From Macrostomum hystrix (taxonomy: Eukaryota > Animalia > Platyhelminthes), in assembly GCA_950097015.1 (NCBI GenBank), contig CATNEN010000038.1:868001-932000 (forward strand): DNA of 64,000 nucleotides, in the 5' to 3' direction. The notes below the pieces were generated by a model, which saw only the letters and a list, made by a program, of their open reading frames with translations, was not told where the DNA came from and searched no databases. Shown here piece by piece: positions 24,352 through 37,800 of this stretch; positions within the stretch are counted from its first letter, which is position 1, and each line of letters begins with the position of its first letter. Made by a program: the position numbers and the translations under genes.

Positions 24352-25850
24352 GGCTTGCAGCACTGGAACAGTGTTTGGCAACTAGTTAATTTGGCTGCTC
24401 CTATCTTGGCAGTGTAAATTCTCAAGTCCTTTAAGTTTAACTTAGGAACTTAGGTCTTAGTGAATCGACAGCATTAGGATGTACTGACATAGCTCTATTC
24501 CCACTTTATAAGCACTGGGAATGCCAAAATCAAGGAGACTGTTATGTCAGAAGCAGTCAATTGAAAATTGATCTGGCACATCATTATATGGAATATGGGC
24601 AACACTAAAACAGACCAGTAGACCTGTACTATATATCCCCATAACACTAAGCTAGGTAGACAACCTTTACAATCTGCACAGATCAAGTCCACTATGGTGA
24701 CAGACCATCATTGATTGAAGCACATTTTTGCACAATCAGTGTGGCATCAGATTGAATTTAGACTTTTTTAGAGTTATGCCTAACATATTATCCTTTATTT
24801 ATCTAGTAATCACCACTTGTGTTAGTAAGTCATTGCCTTAAACATTCTGTTTCCTCTGACTGAATTCAGAGTTATAGGATTTTCCATAAATTAAAATATT
24901 AAGTTTAATTACTTTTTCATTAATTATGAGCAGGTATAGTCAATAAAGCACAACATTGATCTTAGTCTCTGAACTACATTGCATAACATGCATATATACA
25001 TATAATATAATTGTGGTAAAGCATTGTATACTTTAAATAAGCTTTTATGTATTTTTATTATTGGATTAGCCTTTGGACATAGTCAATATAGCTAGGCCTA
25101 CTATTAGGCTTATGTCAAAATGGCCATACATAGAAAATTCAACTAGGTCTATATAATTACCATACTTTAAACATTTTTATAAGATAAAGAACTAGCTAAA
25201 GTAAAAATATTGGTTGCAATAGTGAGACCTAAAAGTATGAATTACTAGGCCTATTGTACTGTTTTGGATGTGTTTTTCATCAGAATTAGGCCTATCAAAA
25301 CTTAAACTTAGTAAAAATTATTGCTTTTTATAGCCTAAATGGGAATGCGAATCAATTGGCAAATCAGAACCCTTGACTCACTTTAATAATCATAAAAAAT
25401 AGCCATAGGCCTAGCTATCAACTATTGCATATACTGGACTAGGAGCAGACCCCTTGCATAGCGATAATACAACACAAACATTTCTAGCCAGATTGTTTAA
25501 CTATATTACAAGCCACCCTTTCTACAATTCTACAGCATTATAATTTAAATTTAATACACCTACTCCAATAGGGCCAGATCTGCTGCCAACAGAGGAGAAC
25601 TGGAAGAAATTAGAAACGGTTTAGATTTAGCGAGTGCAAACTGTGGCACAGCCAAAGCTATTATGCGGTGCATTGAATGTTGCATGGGCCTAGTTACGAC
25701 TGTTAAGTCCATATGATTAACTCCAGATTAATCATTGGCAATGCTAAACTACATTTCATTTAGCATAGGGGTCTACTAATCCTGTTTGCTTTTAATGCAG
25801 GAAAATAATTTTTCATTTAGATCTTAGTATTTGAAATGTCAGCATAATAC

Positions 25851-26007
25851 AATCTGACACAGCTAGGACTGCTAAGTAAGTAATTGTTGGGTATCAGCTC
25901 TTTAATTGTTGTGTGGGTGTTGGTATAAAGGGCTTTTGAATAGTCGAATCGCATTAAAACGAAAAAATGCAATCTTATTATAACAATTTGAAACTGTTTG
26001 TCAGATT
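25851..26007. mobile_element. Candidate short MITE with ATCTGACA...TGTCAGAT termini
   Basis: AATCTGACAC at 25851 and TTTGTCAGATT ending at 26007 are the same end sequences that bracket the 59.1-60.5 kb satellite. Confidence 0.3.
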
Positions 26008-26482
26008 ATATTTTGACTGATCTGCAACGAAAATGTAATAATTATTGCAAGTTAATTGCAACGCAAGTGTAGTTTCTTTTCTATACAGGATGCAAAAAGG
26101 AAACTGTTTTATGTTTCCCGATTTGCTTTTCACAAAGGCACTTGTATTTTGCGTTTGACTTCCATTCTTATTCCTTTCATTCTGAAATTCTTATGCTTGT
26201 GTAATGAGGCCTCTAAAACATAAAGTTGTGCAAGTTAAATTTACGCGAGAAAAATAATTTGTTTAAAGCAAAACAAGTAAAAAAATATTTTCCATATAAA
26301 TATGTTAAAATTGTAAAAATATGTTCTCAATAAAATTTGTTTAAATTAGCGCTATCCAAAATATATTCTTGTAATAAAATTTTGTTTATAACCGCAAATA
26401 AAATACTATAATACGTTAACTTCAACTTCAACTTCGACTTTTAATACCTCATTGAACTATTTAGCACGCTGCAGCTAATCGT

Positions 26483-27067
26483 TGTTACGTTGTGTATCGT
26501 GTATACGTAATACGTATATAACCAGAGGGTTTTTAGAGAGGAAATATCCCTCGTGTGCCTTCGGGACAACCTTCCTCACAAACAAGTGAATAAATATACC
26601 AAAGGTTTTAAGAGTTAGTTCTTATTAGGATCTAAACCTGAACAGAGTGTTCAGAGAAGGAGAAAGATTTACCTGAACAAGAGAGTTCAGATGATATATA
26701 TAAAAAGTTTACCTGAATAGGATATTCAGTGGATAACCAGTCGAGTAATTCCCAAAGAAGTACATTCGGAAAGTAATACCCGAATTTCGGAGTTTATCCA
26801 TAGGTGGTTCAAAGGCCTATTGCTGTGACCCTCTAATTCACAGGTACGCCTGACGGATTAAGTATGCATATAACCTGTGCTAAAAGACCTCTCAGGCCAC
26901 GTATACATGTACAAGATCGAGAGAGAGACGCTACCCTAGAGGGTAAGTACAAATAAGGAATATCTTAGGAACATTCCTTTGATAGCAGTTCCTTCTGTTT
27001 GGTGGCAGCACTACTAGTAATAAAAAGTAACTTTTGGTAGCTAAAAGGTAATAGTGAGAGTGTGACA
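26483..27067 (+). mobile_element. Possible solo LTR
   Basis: Begins TGTTAC and ends GTGACA, with internal short repeats (ACCTGAA...TTCAG x3), a TATA-like CATATAA (~26868) and AATAAA (~27019). No target-site duplication was found. Confidence 0.3.
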
Positions 27068-27232
27068 TTACAGTGGAGAATATTAATTAAGAGAGAGCCC
27101 TAGAGCACTTGTTACGCTAAATATCGCAATGAAATGTCTTGTCATAGTGCAAATCAAATCGTACTGTCATTTCTAGTAAATAATTAAACAATTTACATTT
27201 TTAACGAAAACAATACTGACGTTGACAATTAA

Positions 27233-27846
27233 CAGTAGATCTACCAAGCCTTTTTGCCGCCCGTTTTTATACCAAGGGGGGAATTCCCCCCCCCCTGAAA
27301 ATGTTTTTTTGCCAGCGCCTGAATGCTTTGGGGTGACTGATTGGTTGACAGACTTGTTGAGGGTGTCCTGTGGTTGAGCTGCGCCTAATAGTTAGGCTTG
27401 AATAGTGAAATTGGAGAAATTCGCGTCAGGGTGTCCATAGTGGCCTAGTTCCACCTGTTGTAGCTCTTGAAGGTCTAGATAGATAAGAGAGATAGATCTA
27501 GATTAAGGTCGGTGACCGCCGAAGTCGGAGATGATGCAGGCACAATCGGGTGACATGCTGATAAAGTTTGAAGGTCTGGATGGCCGCACTGAGGCGCAGT
27601 CCAAATTCGTGTATAGGGGGGTGTATGAAATACACTAGCTCTTTATGGGAAAAATCGGACCTTCGGCCAGAAACATTGAATATCTCGACGGTCTGAAGAG
27701 CTGGCGAACTTGTTTCTTAATTGTTTCAGAAGATGCGCAACAAAAAGTTGGCCCGTGTTCTTGAGTTTCATGTGCTTGCATCGTTCCGTTCGGGTGCAGC
27801 AAAAAATTGTCAGGGTGGGAAAATCCCCCCCTTGGTAGTTCTACTG
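27233..27846. mobile_element. Non-autonomous TTAA-targeting (piggyBac-like) element
   Basis: TTAA|CAGTAGATCTACCAAG...CTTGGTAGTTCTACTG|TTAA: a 16-bp TIR with one mismatch, TTAA on both sides, and subterminal inverted GGGGG(A)ATTCCCCCC blocks. Confidence 0.8.
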
Positions 27847-28731
27847 TTAAGATTTATTTTACACGCGTCAAAAATAGTTTTATGGCCTTTGGGTACAATT
27901 CTGTTCAATAAACGGAGACAAGAAATTAGTAACTGAGCATCATGGTTGCGCTCTGTTGAGATATGAATGAAATAAGCCGAAAGGCAAGATATATGTTATA
28001 AATTTATAAACATATCTTATAGATCTTGTGGGAGTCTGCAAACAAAATCTCCGAAAGCCTTTTTATCAGAGACAAGAGGAGGTTCGCTAGCCTGGAAGAA
28101 GCTAGGTGGCAGATCTAGGTGGTATGCATGCTGACTATTGATGTAAGAGCGACTCAATGAGTATATTTTCCATTCCCCTACTATAACCCAATTTACTCGT
28201 AAATGACCCAGCCCTGATCAGACCTGGAACTAGAATGCCATCTTAATTCAAAGATTAATTATAATAAGCCTACATGTAAAGCCAAACCGCGGAAAGAACG
28301 TTACATCGGGCAGACTGATCCTGTTGATTCATATTCCTGCAGGCCTATTCGCATTCCCAATCTGGACTGTTTAAGAAGTTGTCAACAGTAATTATTGTTT
28401 CTTAGCGCATCATCCTGAAATCGAAATAAAGCTAGATAGATTGTTTCTTGTTTTTTACTTGATGTAATAAAATAAGCACATTAACATTTTTTGCGACATT
28501 ACCGTCTCATGCTGAAGGAATCGAGTTTTCTATTAACAGTTTCAACTTATAGCGACAAATAGTAAAAAAGGAAAAGTTTTTTCAACAAGCATTTTATAAG
28601 GTGGCATGTCCAGCTTGTCATGCAAACGCTAAACTCGCTCAGGAAAACAAGCCTTTGCACAAAGAGCATGTGAAAGAATTGTAGATAATTTTAGTTGACT
28701 ATCGATCATCGAAGATCCTTCATTCAGCAGA

Positions 28732-31700
28732 TCACGATTTGTAAACGTTTGTGCCGCTGCTGCTACCGTGCTTGCTGCTGCCGCCACCGCTGCCTCTATA
28801 GCCCGGCTTGCGCAAGCCGATGAAAACCGCGGCAATTACCACCGCGATCACCACCACGCTGACGACAACGCCGATGATTACGCCGAGGCTGGAATTTCCG
28901 CCGCCAGTAGGCGGAGGTCCGGTCTCGACGAACGGCAACTCCTGAAAGGCTGCTGAGACTGGGAACGCAAGCTGGCCGCGATTGTTGGCCGCGTCCACCG
29001 CTCGAATCGTCACGTAGACGACTTCGGGCTTGCTGGGGAAGCGGAAGCCCAATCGCTCGCGAGTTCCGGCCTCTGCCGGCTGGGTCAGGTTGCCCAGGTG
29101 GACGTTTTCGTGCATTACGCTATGTGCATTCGAGGACTCCGGATCTGCCAGGTCCTCCGCTCGTGTCGACCAGAAAGCCTCGTACATGTGGGCTAATAAA
29201 ATATGCAGGTGTACTTCGAGCAGTCTGCTTTAAGTTCTCATTGGTTGATTTTGAGAAGCTTCTTTACAATGAAATTGTACGGAATTTGTTGAAATTGTAA
29301 TTAAAAAGTACAATTTTACAAGCTCATTATAAACCGAACGTACCAGTTCCTTGGTCGAAATCGTCACCGACAGCGACAAAATTAAACACAATTTTAGCGT
29401 CTGTCGCGTTGACGGCCTCGAGGTCCAAGCTCGCGATGGGACTCGGCGGGACCCGATCAATGCGTCTTTCTTCTTCGAAATAGGCTTCGAGCTTGAAGCT
29501 ACCCGCAGGAGCGTTTCGCGACATGTTTGAGACGGGAATCTGAGAATAGTTAGCTGAAAGTCCAAAGAATGTGGGCTTTTTTGTAAGTCTTTCGTGACTG
29601 CGCGAAGTAACATTCACAATGAACTGTGTTAATTCTATGAGCATCGCTGCTCAGAGAGTATTTTCCTCGAGTAGTTTGAGTACCATCTGCATGAGGTCAA
29701 TATGTCGTTTACAAGAGAAAATCCCAAGCATATGAGCATAATGTTTAGTAGTAAATAGACCACGCTACTTTCCCACTGATGAGAGACCACGGCGGTATTT
29801 CAAATATTCACTGCCTACTTCACGATAGTTCCCAAACCGAATGACCGACTTTCGTGAAAGTGTACCACATGGATCAAAACTCTCCGCCCTTTTCGGTGAA
29901 ATAACTTTCAAAGCCGTCAAATCAAAATCGTCGAGATATTCAGCCATTCTTGTCGAAGACCCTCGTGACAAGCACAACTAACATTGCTCTGTGTAAACCT
30001 CTACGGACGAGGTTTGCCAGCCCGACAGCATTCCACGGCTCGCCCAGTTCCTCCGGGCGACAAGGCAAGCCATGTTCTTCCCCACGGAAGACTACGCTGT
30101 AGGACGACCGGCGGACCACCCTGACCGGCCCCACGCCATCACCTGTCTGCGGGCCAACAAACCCCGCTGTGTCCATGGACCACCTTTAAGCTTAGTCAAG
30201 TTAAGTCAAGTAATGTAGGTTGTAAAATGCACTTTTGTATTTCCGCCAACAGACACCCGACGCGGATGTTTTGTAATTCTGGGAGCTATTTCATCGGATA
30301 GAGCAGAAAATTTTAGCCTGTGTTCTGGATTTTCATGGCGAGTGGTTGAATATTTTGGAGATTTAGAAAAAAAATGAATTGGTATTTGAAATACCCCGCG
30401 TGGTCTTTCTATTGTTAACTTCAGCAGTTTAGCCATAAGTGCTATGACTCTATGGCTAAACTGCTATGAGACTGCAAAGCCGTTCCTGCGCTCCTGCGTC
30501 AAGTGACCCAGGCCCCCTGCAAATAAGAAAATAACAAGAAGAAGTAATGAGGCTATGGCTAAACTGCTATATGAGACTATATGAGACTATATGAGATATA
30601 GCTATATTAACTGCTAGCCCTGCTAGAGTAACCTGTACCTCGAGTGTCGACTGCCAAGGGGCCACCAACGAACGGACTCGCGCCAAGCTGCGGCGACACC
30701 AAAATGCCGGTCTTGCCCTCCACTGACTCGGCTGTCACGCTCACCAGGTAGTCACCGATACCAGTGAGCAGTCTCGGTGACAGGACTCCAGTGTAAACAC
30801 CATCGTTGGGCCGCATGTCGACTCCAACGCCATTGTCCCAGAGCGCCACGCTCAGCTCCGAGCCGTTTGGCGCGCGCACTTTGGCGCTCACTTTGGCACT
30901 GACGACGGCAGCGCTGTTTGTGCCACTACGTAGGACGGCGCTGATCACCACGCCGTTGCTGTCCGCGTTTGCACTATTGTTGGCCAGTCTGAAAGTGCTG
31001 ACACTGGCGACGGCAGTGATCGGTCCGGCCATTGGCTGGATCGATTTCGATGGCTTTGTGCTGACCACCACTGATGCGGTGAGGTCGGCTCCCGTATTGG
31101 AAGGAGCTGTCAAGCGTGCAGTCCACTTACCAGCCTGTTTAGTCGGTGATCACGGGAAAAAAAGTTATTGTATTTTTTCCTTATGAGTTCTGCGCATTAT
31201 AGCCATCCAAGACAGACTACAACATGAGAACTTATCCGGAGCGTACCTCAAATTTATCATCGCTAATCTGGATCGAGAGCATGTAAATAGAGTTGTCTCG
31301 CTTGAAACCGTCCGAAGAATTTCCATAGGTAGCTCCTTTTGGGCTGGTCAGGCTGACATCCGCTTGGCGGAAATAATTCATCAGCGGAAATAGAAATACA
31401 AACAACACCTGACCTCGTGCCGACTCGTCAATGAAGACTTCAGCTACAGCAGCACCAGCCGTAGGGATGGCAGAGGAGCGGGCGGTAGTTTGCCTAATTG
31501 CGACGTCCGCGGAGTGCAGCAGAATAGGCGCATCGTAACCAGCATCACTGCGCATGGCCGAGTTCATTAGTGCTGAGAGCAGGTCGTAGGAGTTCTGATT
31601 GTTGAACGAGCTATAGAAAGTGCCTCCGGTGTCTCGCGCCAAGTCGCCAATGCGCTTATCGGCCTCGGGGCCCAGTCCCAGTACATTGACAGTGACGCCC

Positions 31701-34700
31701 GCCCTGATGATAGACTCGGCTGCAGAGCTGTAGTTGAATCTTGATTGACTTGAGCGCTGCTCCTCACCGTCCGAAACTAGAAAGATCGAACCACCGCCGC
31801 CAGGGCTGCCTTGGAGCAGCAGTTGCAGGCCCAGCATCAGACCGTCGCCGATGTCAGTGACTCCTCTGGCGTCCAATAGGCGCACTTTCTCTTCGAGGCT
31901 GCTCCGCGTGCTGCTGCCTATCGGACCCAGCAACTGCAGGGGTCCCAGCTCTTCCGCACCGCTGCCGAAGGTCACAATGCCTAGGCGAGTCTCTGGACCT
32001 AGCACCGAGCGAATGGTGTTCATCATGGCCGCCTTGAGCTTGACGAATGGTATTTCTGTCGGGTTGACCATGCTGTCTGAGATATCTAGCACAGCAACTA
32101 CATCCTGTTGTTGACTTTGCACAACTTCGAAGTTCGGAAAGACGTCCACCTCCTGAGGGCGATCTGAAATGGGCTCAGAGAATGAGCAATGATCTTTTAA
32201 TCTGTTCCACGACCTGTTTGATGTCTTTTTGGTGAACACATTATCTACTCCAGCTTTATATTAATCTCTTAGGTATTTTGTATGATTAAGTGTTTGTGCA
32301 TTTAGAATCTATAGTGGTCGTAGCTCAGTGGTTCCGATTTAAGAATTAAATATCCGTACTGACTTTAGAAACAGCGTCAGTCCACCGCGATGGACTGAAC
32401 AGCTGTACAAATTATTTAGATTTTCTGTGAAAAGTCTGAGCATGCATCACACTGGTTGTACATGTGGCCCTACAGGGGTAGATAAATCTTTTTTTTCTGC
32501 AAGAAAATTGTAGTCAGATAATTGAGTATCAAAAGCTGTCAAAGCGACTACAGGTGTCCAATAGTATCAATCGACAGATCTGACCTTTCTGAAAGTCTTC
32601 GTGGGTCCCGATGACTTGCCACGCACTGCGGCTGCGACACATCCGGTTCTGCTGGGTTGGCGCCATGCGGTTGTGACGATACTCTTCATTGGGGTGTGTG
32701 GACTGGTCACAGAAGGCCTTGATCTGCGATGGTTCAGCAATCGTGTAACAGTTTGTACAGAAGTACATGCGTTCATGAGGATTCGTTCTTCTTACCGAGT
32801 TTACATAATAGTGGCCCATTAAGTTAACAAGGGCCCTATTGGGTTGGTCAGGAATGAAGATGCAGTCTGGCTCCGGTGTCAGGGTGTCCTTGTCGATACG
32901 GCACGGCAGGCCAGTGTGTCTGTTTGCCATCTTGCCGTCAAGTTGCTCGTTGCACCTAAGGGGAGCAGGAAGGATCCGATGAGCTCGATGCGTGCTAGTA
33001 ATCAGATTGAGGCGATCTGGCAGTGACGCAGTGACACAAATTTCACAATCATTTCAAGGCTAAGGGATGACTACGGTCTCGTAATCTCGTACGTGTACGA
33101 GCCCTTGGTGGCACTGTTAACTGGTGGCGGTGCTTCGTGGCTCTACGAAGACATTCTTACCTTGTTGGATAGAACTTGTTGTTGTAGATGTAGAATTGTG
33201 GGTCGTTTTCTTGCGGCGCTTCGTCCATGAGGCCCCAACGATAGTGGCCCCATTCGTGCACCACAAGTCGTTCTGTTAGGTGATGGCGAGGATTCGACGC
33301 TTGCAAACACGGCCTTATAAAACATACCCACGGTAGAATCATTCTTTTATTTTGCTACTTCTTTCCGAGCCTCACCTCGCTTGCCAAAGAGCTGCTCAGC
33401 GCCGGCCTTGTCGAGGAAGAAGTCGGTCGGATAGTGCGTGAACTCCCCGGCCACCCCGCAGCTGCCGACGCCCTCTGTGTGCGGCACCGGACCGTAGCGC
33501 GGATTCTGCGGCCCGACCCGCAGCTGCGCCCTGCTGAACTGCTGCCAGGTGGCGCGGGAGTACTCAGGCTTGCTGGGCCAGGTGTCGGGCACCAGAATGC
33601 TGACATTGCCAATGGCCAAGCCACCTGGCTGACCGCTGCGTCGGGTGGCAAGCAGGAGCGTGCTTGAAGCCTCTTGAATCACGTCCTGACGATTGGAAAT
33701 GCCAAATGTACATATGCAGGTATTATTATACATTTTTCTATCGGAACCTTCAGTTTATGGTTAAATCGTGTCTCAATTAAAGTTTTTTTCTTGACATAAA
33801 AGGCTTTCAATATAAAGCTTGATTGAGATAAGGCAGCAATTGCAAAGGCCTCTGAAATAAGTTTCCAATAAAAAATAATAAACAAACAAGGCCTCGGTGT
33901 ATTTTTGATTCGCCATTTTTTACCACAAACTCAAAATGCTAAGTACTATATGTTAAAAAAAGTATATCAAAACACCCCGAAATAAATCAGTCATTCTGCG
34001 GTCTAGTTGACAGATACGATATACCCAGGCATGTACACAGGCATATAGCATCTGTGGCTTATTTTGCCGAAACTGCAACCAATAAACTGCCAGCAAAAAT
34101 ATGAGTATACTTATACTCAGGCAATCTTAGGCTTCAGTCGGCGCATTCATGATATAGTTCGAGCCATAGACAAACCTCAGTAAAGTGCAGTACAGTTTTG
34201 CCCATTGTCTAGCATTTTACTGATAATTGACAAAAACTCATAGATTTGGTTTCTACACAACACACTTCCGACCCCATATTCTATACTACCTGTATACCTG
34301 TATACAATAGAGGGTAATATAGAATCTGTGCTTCCGACTATTCTCAAATGATTCATCTTTACGAGCTATCAGCGAGCCAGAGTTTTTGTCTATGGCTATA
34401 ATCGCTGAAATTCTAGCCAATAGAAAAATTCAGCGTCCCAGCCGTAACAATTGCCAACGGCTAAAAAGCTACTCTTCCAAGAAGCGAAAGTCTTTCTTCT
34501 TCCTTCTACTTTAGTATCCAGCTTATATCCTTGATATCCAGCTTACTTAGTCTACTATCAGGTAGATGCCCCTAGCCGCAATTGCGTGTTCGTTCTGATT
34601 CTACGAGCGTATGTAGCCAACATGGATGTGAAACATTATGCCTATTTTACCTTGATCGCCTGAATAAGAGTCGCATTCTCGGGAACTGATCGATCGATAG

Positions 34701-34809
34701 CTATCACAATGTTATTGTAGCGGCCCAGGCTGACTTCCAAAGGGCGGTATCCGTATCCAGTAGACAATAGCGCTATCAGCAGCAGTGACAGTTTTTTAAC
34801 GTTTGCCAT
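28732..34809 (-). CDS. CLCA: Calcium-activated chloride channel regulator (CLCA)-family protein, complete, with C-terminal TM helix
   Basis: Nine exons: 34809-34651 (signal peptide, YNNIVIAID..VPE), 33685-33376 (VSILVPDTW, CGVAGEFTH), 33272-33161 (HEWGHYRWGLMDE zinc motif), 32955-32796, 32723-32585 (FCD...HNRMAPTQQNRMC...SAWQVI), 32163-31247 (VWA, MIDAS DISDS), 31134-30639 (LWDNGVGVD...DGVYTG), 29553-29344 (D.VPPSPI, GDDFDQG) and 29192-28732 (FnIII-like segment, TM GVIIGVVVSVVVIAVVIAAVFIGL). Confidence 0.92.
30250..30397 (-). mobile_element. Dispersed repeat family A copy (CLCA intron 7)
   Basis: GGATTTTCATGGCGAGTGGTTGAATATTTTGGAG...ATTTGAAATACCCC is the reverse complement of the 7062 copy. 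Confidence 0.65.
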
Positions 34810-35899
34810 TGCGTAGCCAGTTGGTTCTAACAGGTTCTATTCGAAGGTTTTATATGGAGATACAAAAATTCGACTGTCAGAGACTATTTCGCGGAGCGGC
34901 GAGCAAACGCCCCAATCTAAATTATTTACGTCCGCGAGCAATTTTTCAATGTTTTTAAATGACGCCAACTCTGATTTCCAGCCCGAGCTAGCAGCACGAG
35001 CACAGGTGAGCACACGCTGCCGACGCGACACCTTAACGGCAGGGGAAAGAAGATTTTGGTATTTGCCCACGCAGAAATCCACTAGCCAAAACAGAGCCCA
35101 GCTGATAGCGGCAGCTAAGAGCCACTGGCTTGGGTACGCCTAGAAAATATTAACTCAAAGGGCTCTGCACGTTCTGCTCGGTGAGCAGACGGCAAATTTT
35201 AGCGGCGATAAAGTTTCCAGTTATCATGCCATAATGCTGCCACTCCAGACTTATCTGAGCCAAAAGGAGTGCCTTGCATTCAGTATGCATTGCTGAAAAA
35301 AGTGCAACCATGCTTTTTATTGCTTTCGAAAAAAATTTTGGCGCAAAAGTTTCAAACAGCAGCTTAGAAATCAATGCTCAACCTCGCAGAATGTTACAAA
35401 CGCATACGAGTACATGAAAGTTCGTTACCAAAATGATTTCTTAGTCAATATTGTTTGAAAACAATATGAGCGTAGAATTAAGTTCAATAAATATCTGCTC
35501 GAGTAACGTTTGTTTTGCGCAAGATCGCACCTTTGCGCACCTTGAAAGAGCAAAGAAGCCATAATGCTTACAATCGTAAATGCGCCACTGATGGGACAAA
35601 TTGCAGTGCAATCCACACGCTGCACTGACTCGTGCGCCTAGTCCATATGGCAGAAGACAATCTGGCGAGGTGCCTCGGCCCGATTCCAACCTGCTGAGTC
35701 TCCAAAGCTGTCTCTAAGGGGACCGCAAAGAAAAACCAGCCGCAGAGCTGGCCGACGATCGATAATCCCCCAGTTCCCGCATAATCACCGGGCTGAGTGG
35801 CGCCCCGCCCTTCTCTCTATCTGCCGGTAAGAGACCCTTCTCAGCTGTGAGGACACATTACTCAGCTGGTTTCTGCCAACCACATTGACCGAGTCAGAT

Positions 35900-37800
35900 C
35901 CCGGAGTAGCTAGGCCCCAACATCTGTCGACACATGCAGCTGACCGAGAAGGTCGCTGTCACTTCATCCAAGTCATCCTCAAGTCGCATGAGCGTGCCAT
36001 TTAAAGCCTCGAAAGTGACCAGCCTTGAAGAGATGTATTCTGCTTCGATTGTGATGGAAGATACAATCCCGCCTGGCGAGCAGCGGAGCACGCAATGGCT
36101 GAATGTGGCACGACCTGGGAAACCCGCTAACAGTCTTTTAAGAGCTACTTCATGTGGCTTCATTCGGGAATACTGCGCCGAGCAGTCAGCTAAATGGCGA
36201 TCTGCATCGTCAACATCGAGGTTTGAACACGCTTATCATCTTCTCTAGCTCCTTCATAAAAAACGGCTCGCCTTCTCCAGTTCGATATCGACTGTCAGTC
36301 GCTAAACTGTCTTTGCAGTGTGGTCCAAGTCTGCATGGACCGAGTTTTTATCCATCTCCAGTGGGTCCCGATAGCATTGTGGGCCTACTCGACAATGCCT
36401 TTTCGGACGCCGTCGGACGGCATGTCGCTTATAACATCTGTTGTTTAGCAGCCGCCGCACCCTCTTAAGACAGCCACGAAATCATCACATCCTGGTCACT
36501 GCCTGGCGTTCTAGGCGAGGGCCTCTCCGCTCGGTCACCAAACATTGTAGGCGTTCAAGGCATGCAAGTATTACGTAACAGTGTACATTATTATTTTATA
36601 TGGTCTTTGAATCTCAGGGGAGTGGATCTACTACGGCATATCATTATTTTGTGGTCCGAATTGAACTTTCATTGATCTGAGCCGTCGCAATTTGTTTTAA
36701 TTCGATGGCAGCGCAAACTGAGTATGTCAGCCAAGTAAGCCAAAATGCTTGGAAGTTATTTCGATGTGGCATCTGCATTCATCACCATCACCAGCAGCTT
36801 AAGAGCGCTCCGAGTTCAAAGAGTCTGACACACTTCAACGAGAAACTGCCGAATGGTTTGGAGCTGTCTCACACGATAGAGTATGGATTTTATCCCTTCG
36901 CTGGATTGCGAGGATGTTATCGCCAGCGGAGTGAAAGTATTCAAAGATTACGAAGGAGGCTTTAGCAATCGTCTGAGCAATCAAATATTTTGACCCGAGC
37001 TTCACCATCATAACCGACCAAAAGTAGTCAGGGATGGACGCCAAGATTGAGAAATCGCAAGCAGCTGTAATGCGTGCCAGACATGAAGCTGCAGCCGGTG
37101 CTGCATGGCCTCCCCGAAACCCTGGGTATGGCCGGACCAGTTCTGCGACTGCACCTGGATTTCACCGGTCCTGTTCGAGGTCGTCAGTTCCTGTTGGTGG
37201 TCAACGCCCATTTAAAGTCGCCGCTCGTAGAGCCCGGTTTATTTTGCAAGGGTCCGGTGAGCACATACGCAAACGGAGCCCTGTTTCCCAGTGGGAACTC
37301 GATATGGTGTCCGACAAAGGTCTGGCGTTCGTCGGCCAGAACTTCAGCGCTTTCTACAAAGCCAACGGAATGCGGCTCACAAAGAGTAATATCCGTATCA
37401 CGCCAAGATGAATGGGCTGGTCCAGCGACTGGTCAATTCATTCAAGAAGCCAGACGTGGAGATTCAGCAAGCCACTGGGCCAGTTCGGCCGAGTTTTTCG
37501 TGATATGGCAGCTGTGGACCAAGATTGGATCTGCTGCGAGACTGCGACCACCGGCCCGCAACCGGGTTCTGCGGGCGCAAGCGGCACAGAAGCAATGTAC
37601 CATCGACGTATCGACATATGAGAGTCCTGGGCAAGAGGCTAACCCAACACCGCTGCCTGCATGGCAAGCTGCCAACGTCATCGCATCGAGTAGACTGGGC
37701 CGCTTAGAATTTTGGTGGAGACTGGCGACGGACTAAATTGGCAAGACAAGTCTTTTTGACCTGGCATAGATCGGAAATCGATATATTGCCAATAAACTGC
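35900..37800 (+). mobile_element. Degenerate Ty3/Gypsy LTR-retrotransposon pol relic (integrase best preserved)
   Basis: Frameshifted integrase motifs: CNACQ (zinc-finger remnant), RLHLDFTGPVRGRQFLLVVNAH (cf. RLHIDFAGP...LIVVDAHSKW) and MVSDKGLAFVGQNFSAFYKANGM (cf. VSDNGPQF..EF..F...NGI). Many stops are present; the boundaries are approximate. Confidence 0.75.

Noticed and set aside
29770-29860. Hammerhead-like CTGATGAGAGACC...GGTATTTCAAA
   Set aside because: The conserved GAAA is missing, and stems I and III are not convincing.
29940-30185. Extra CLCA exon (ORF MDTAGFVG...)
   Set aside because: CLCA exons 7 and 8 join in frame without it; it is more likely an intronic repeat fragment.
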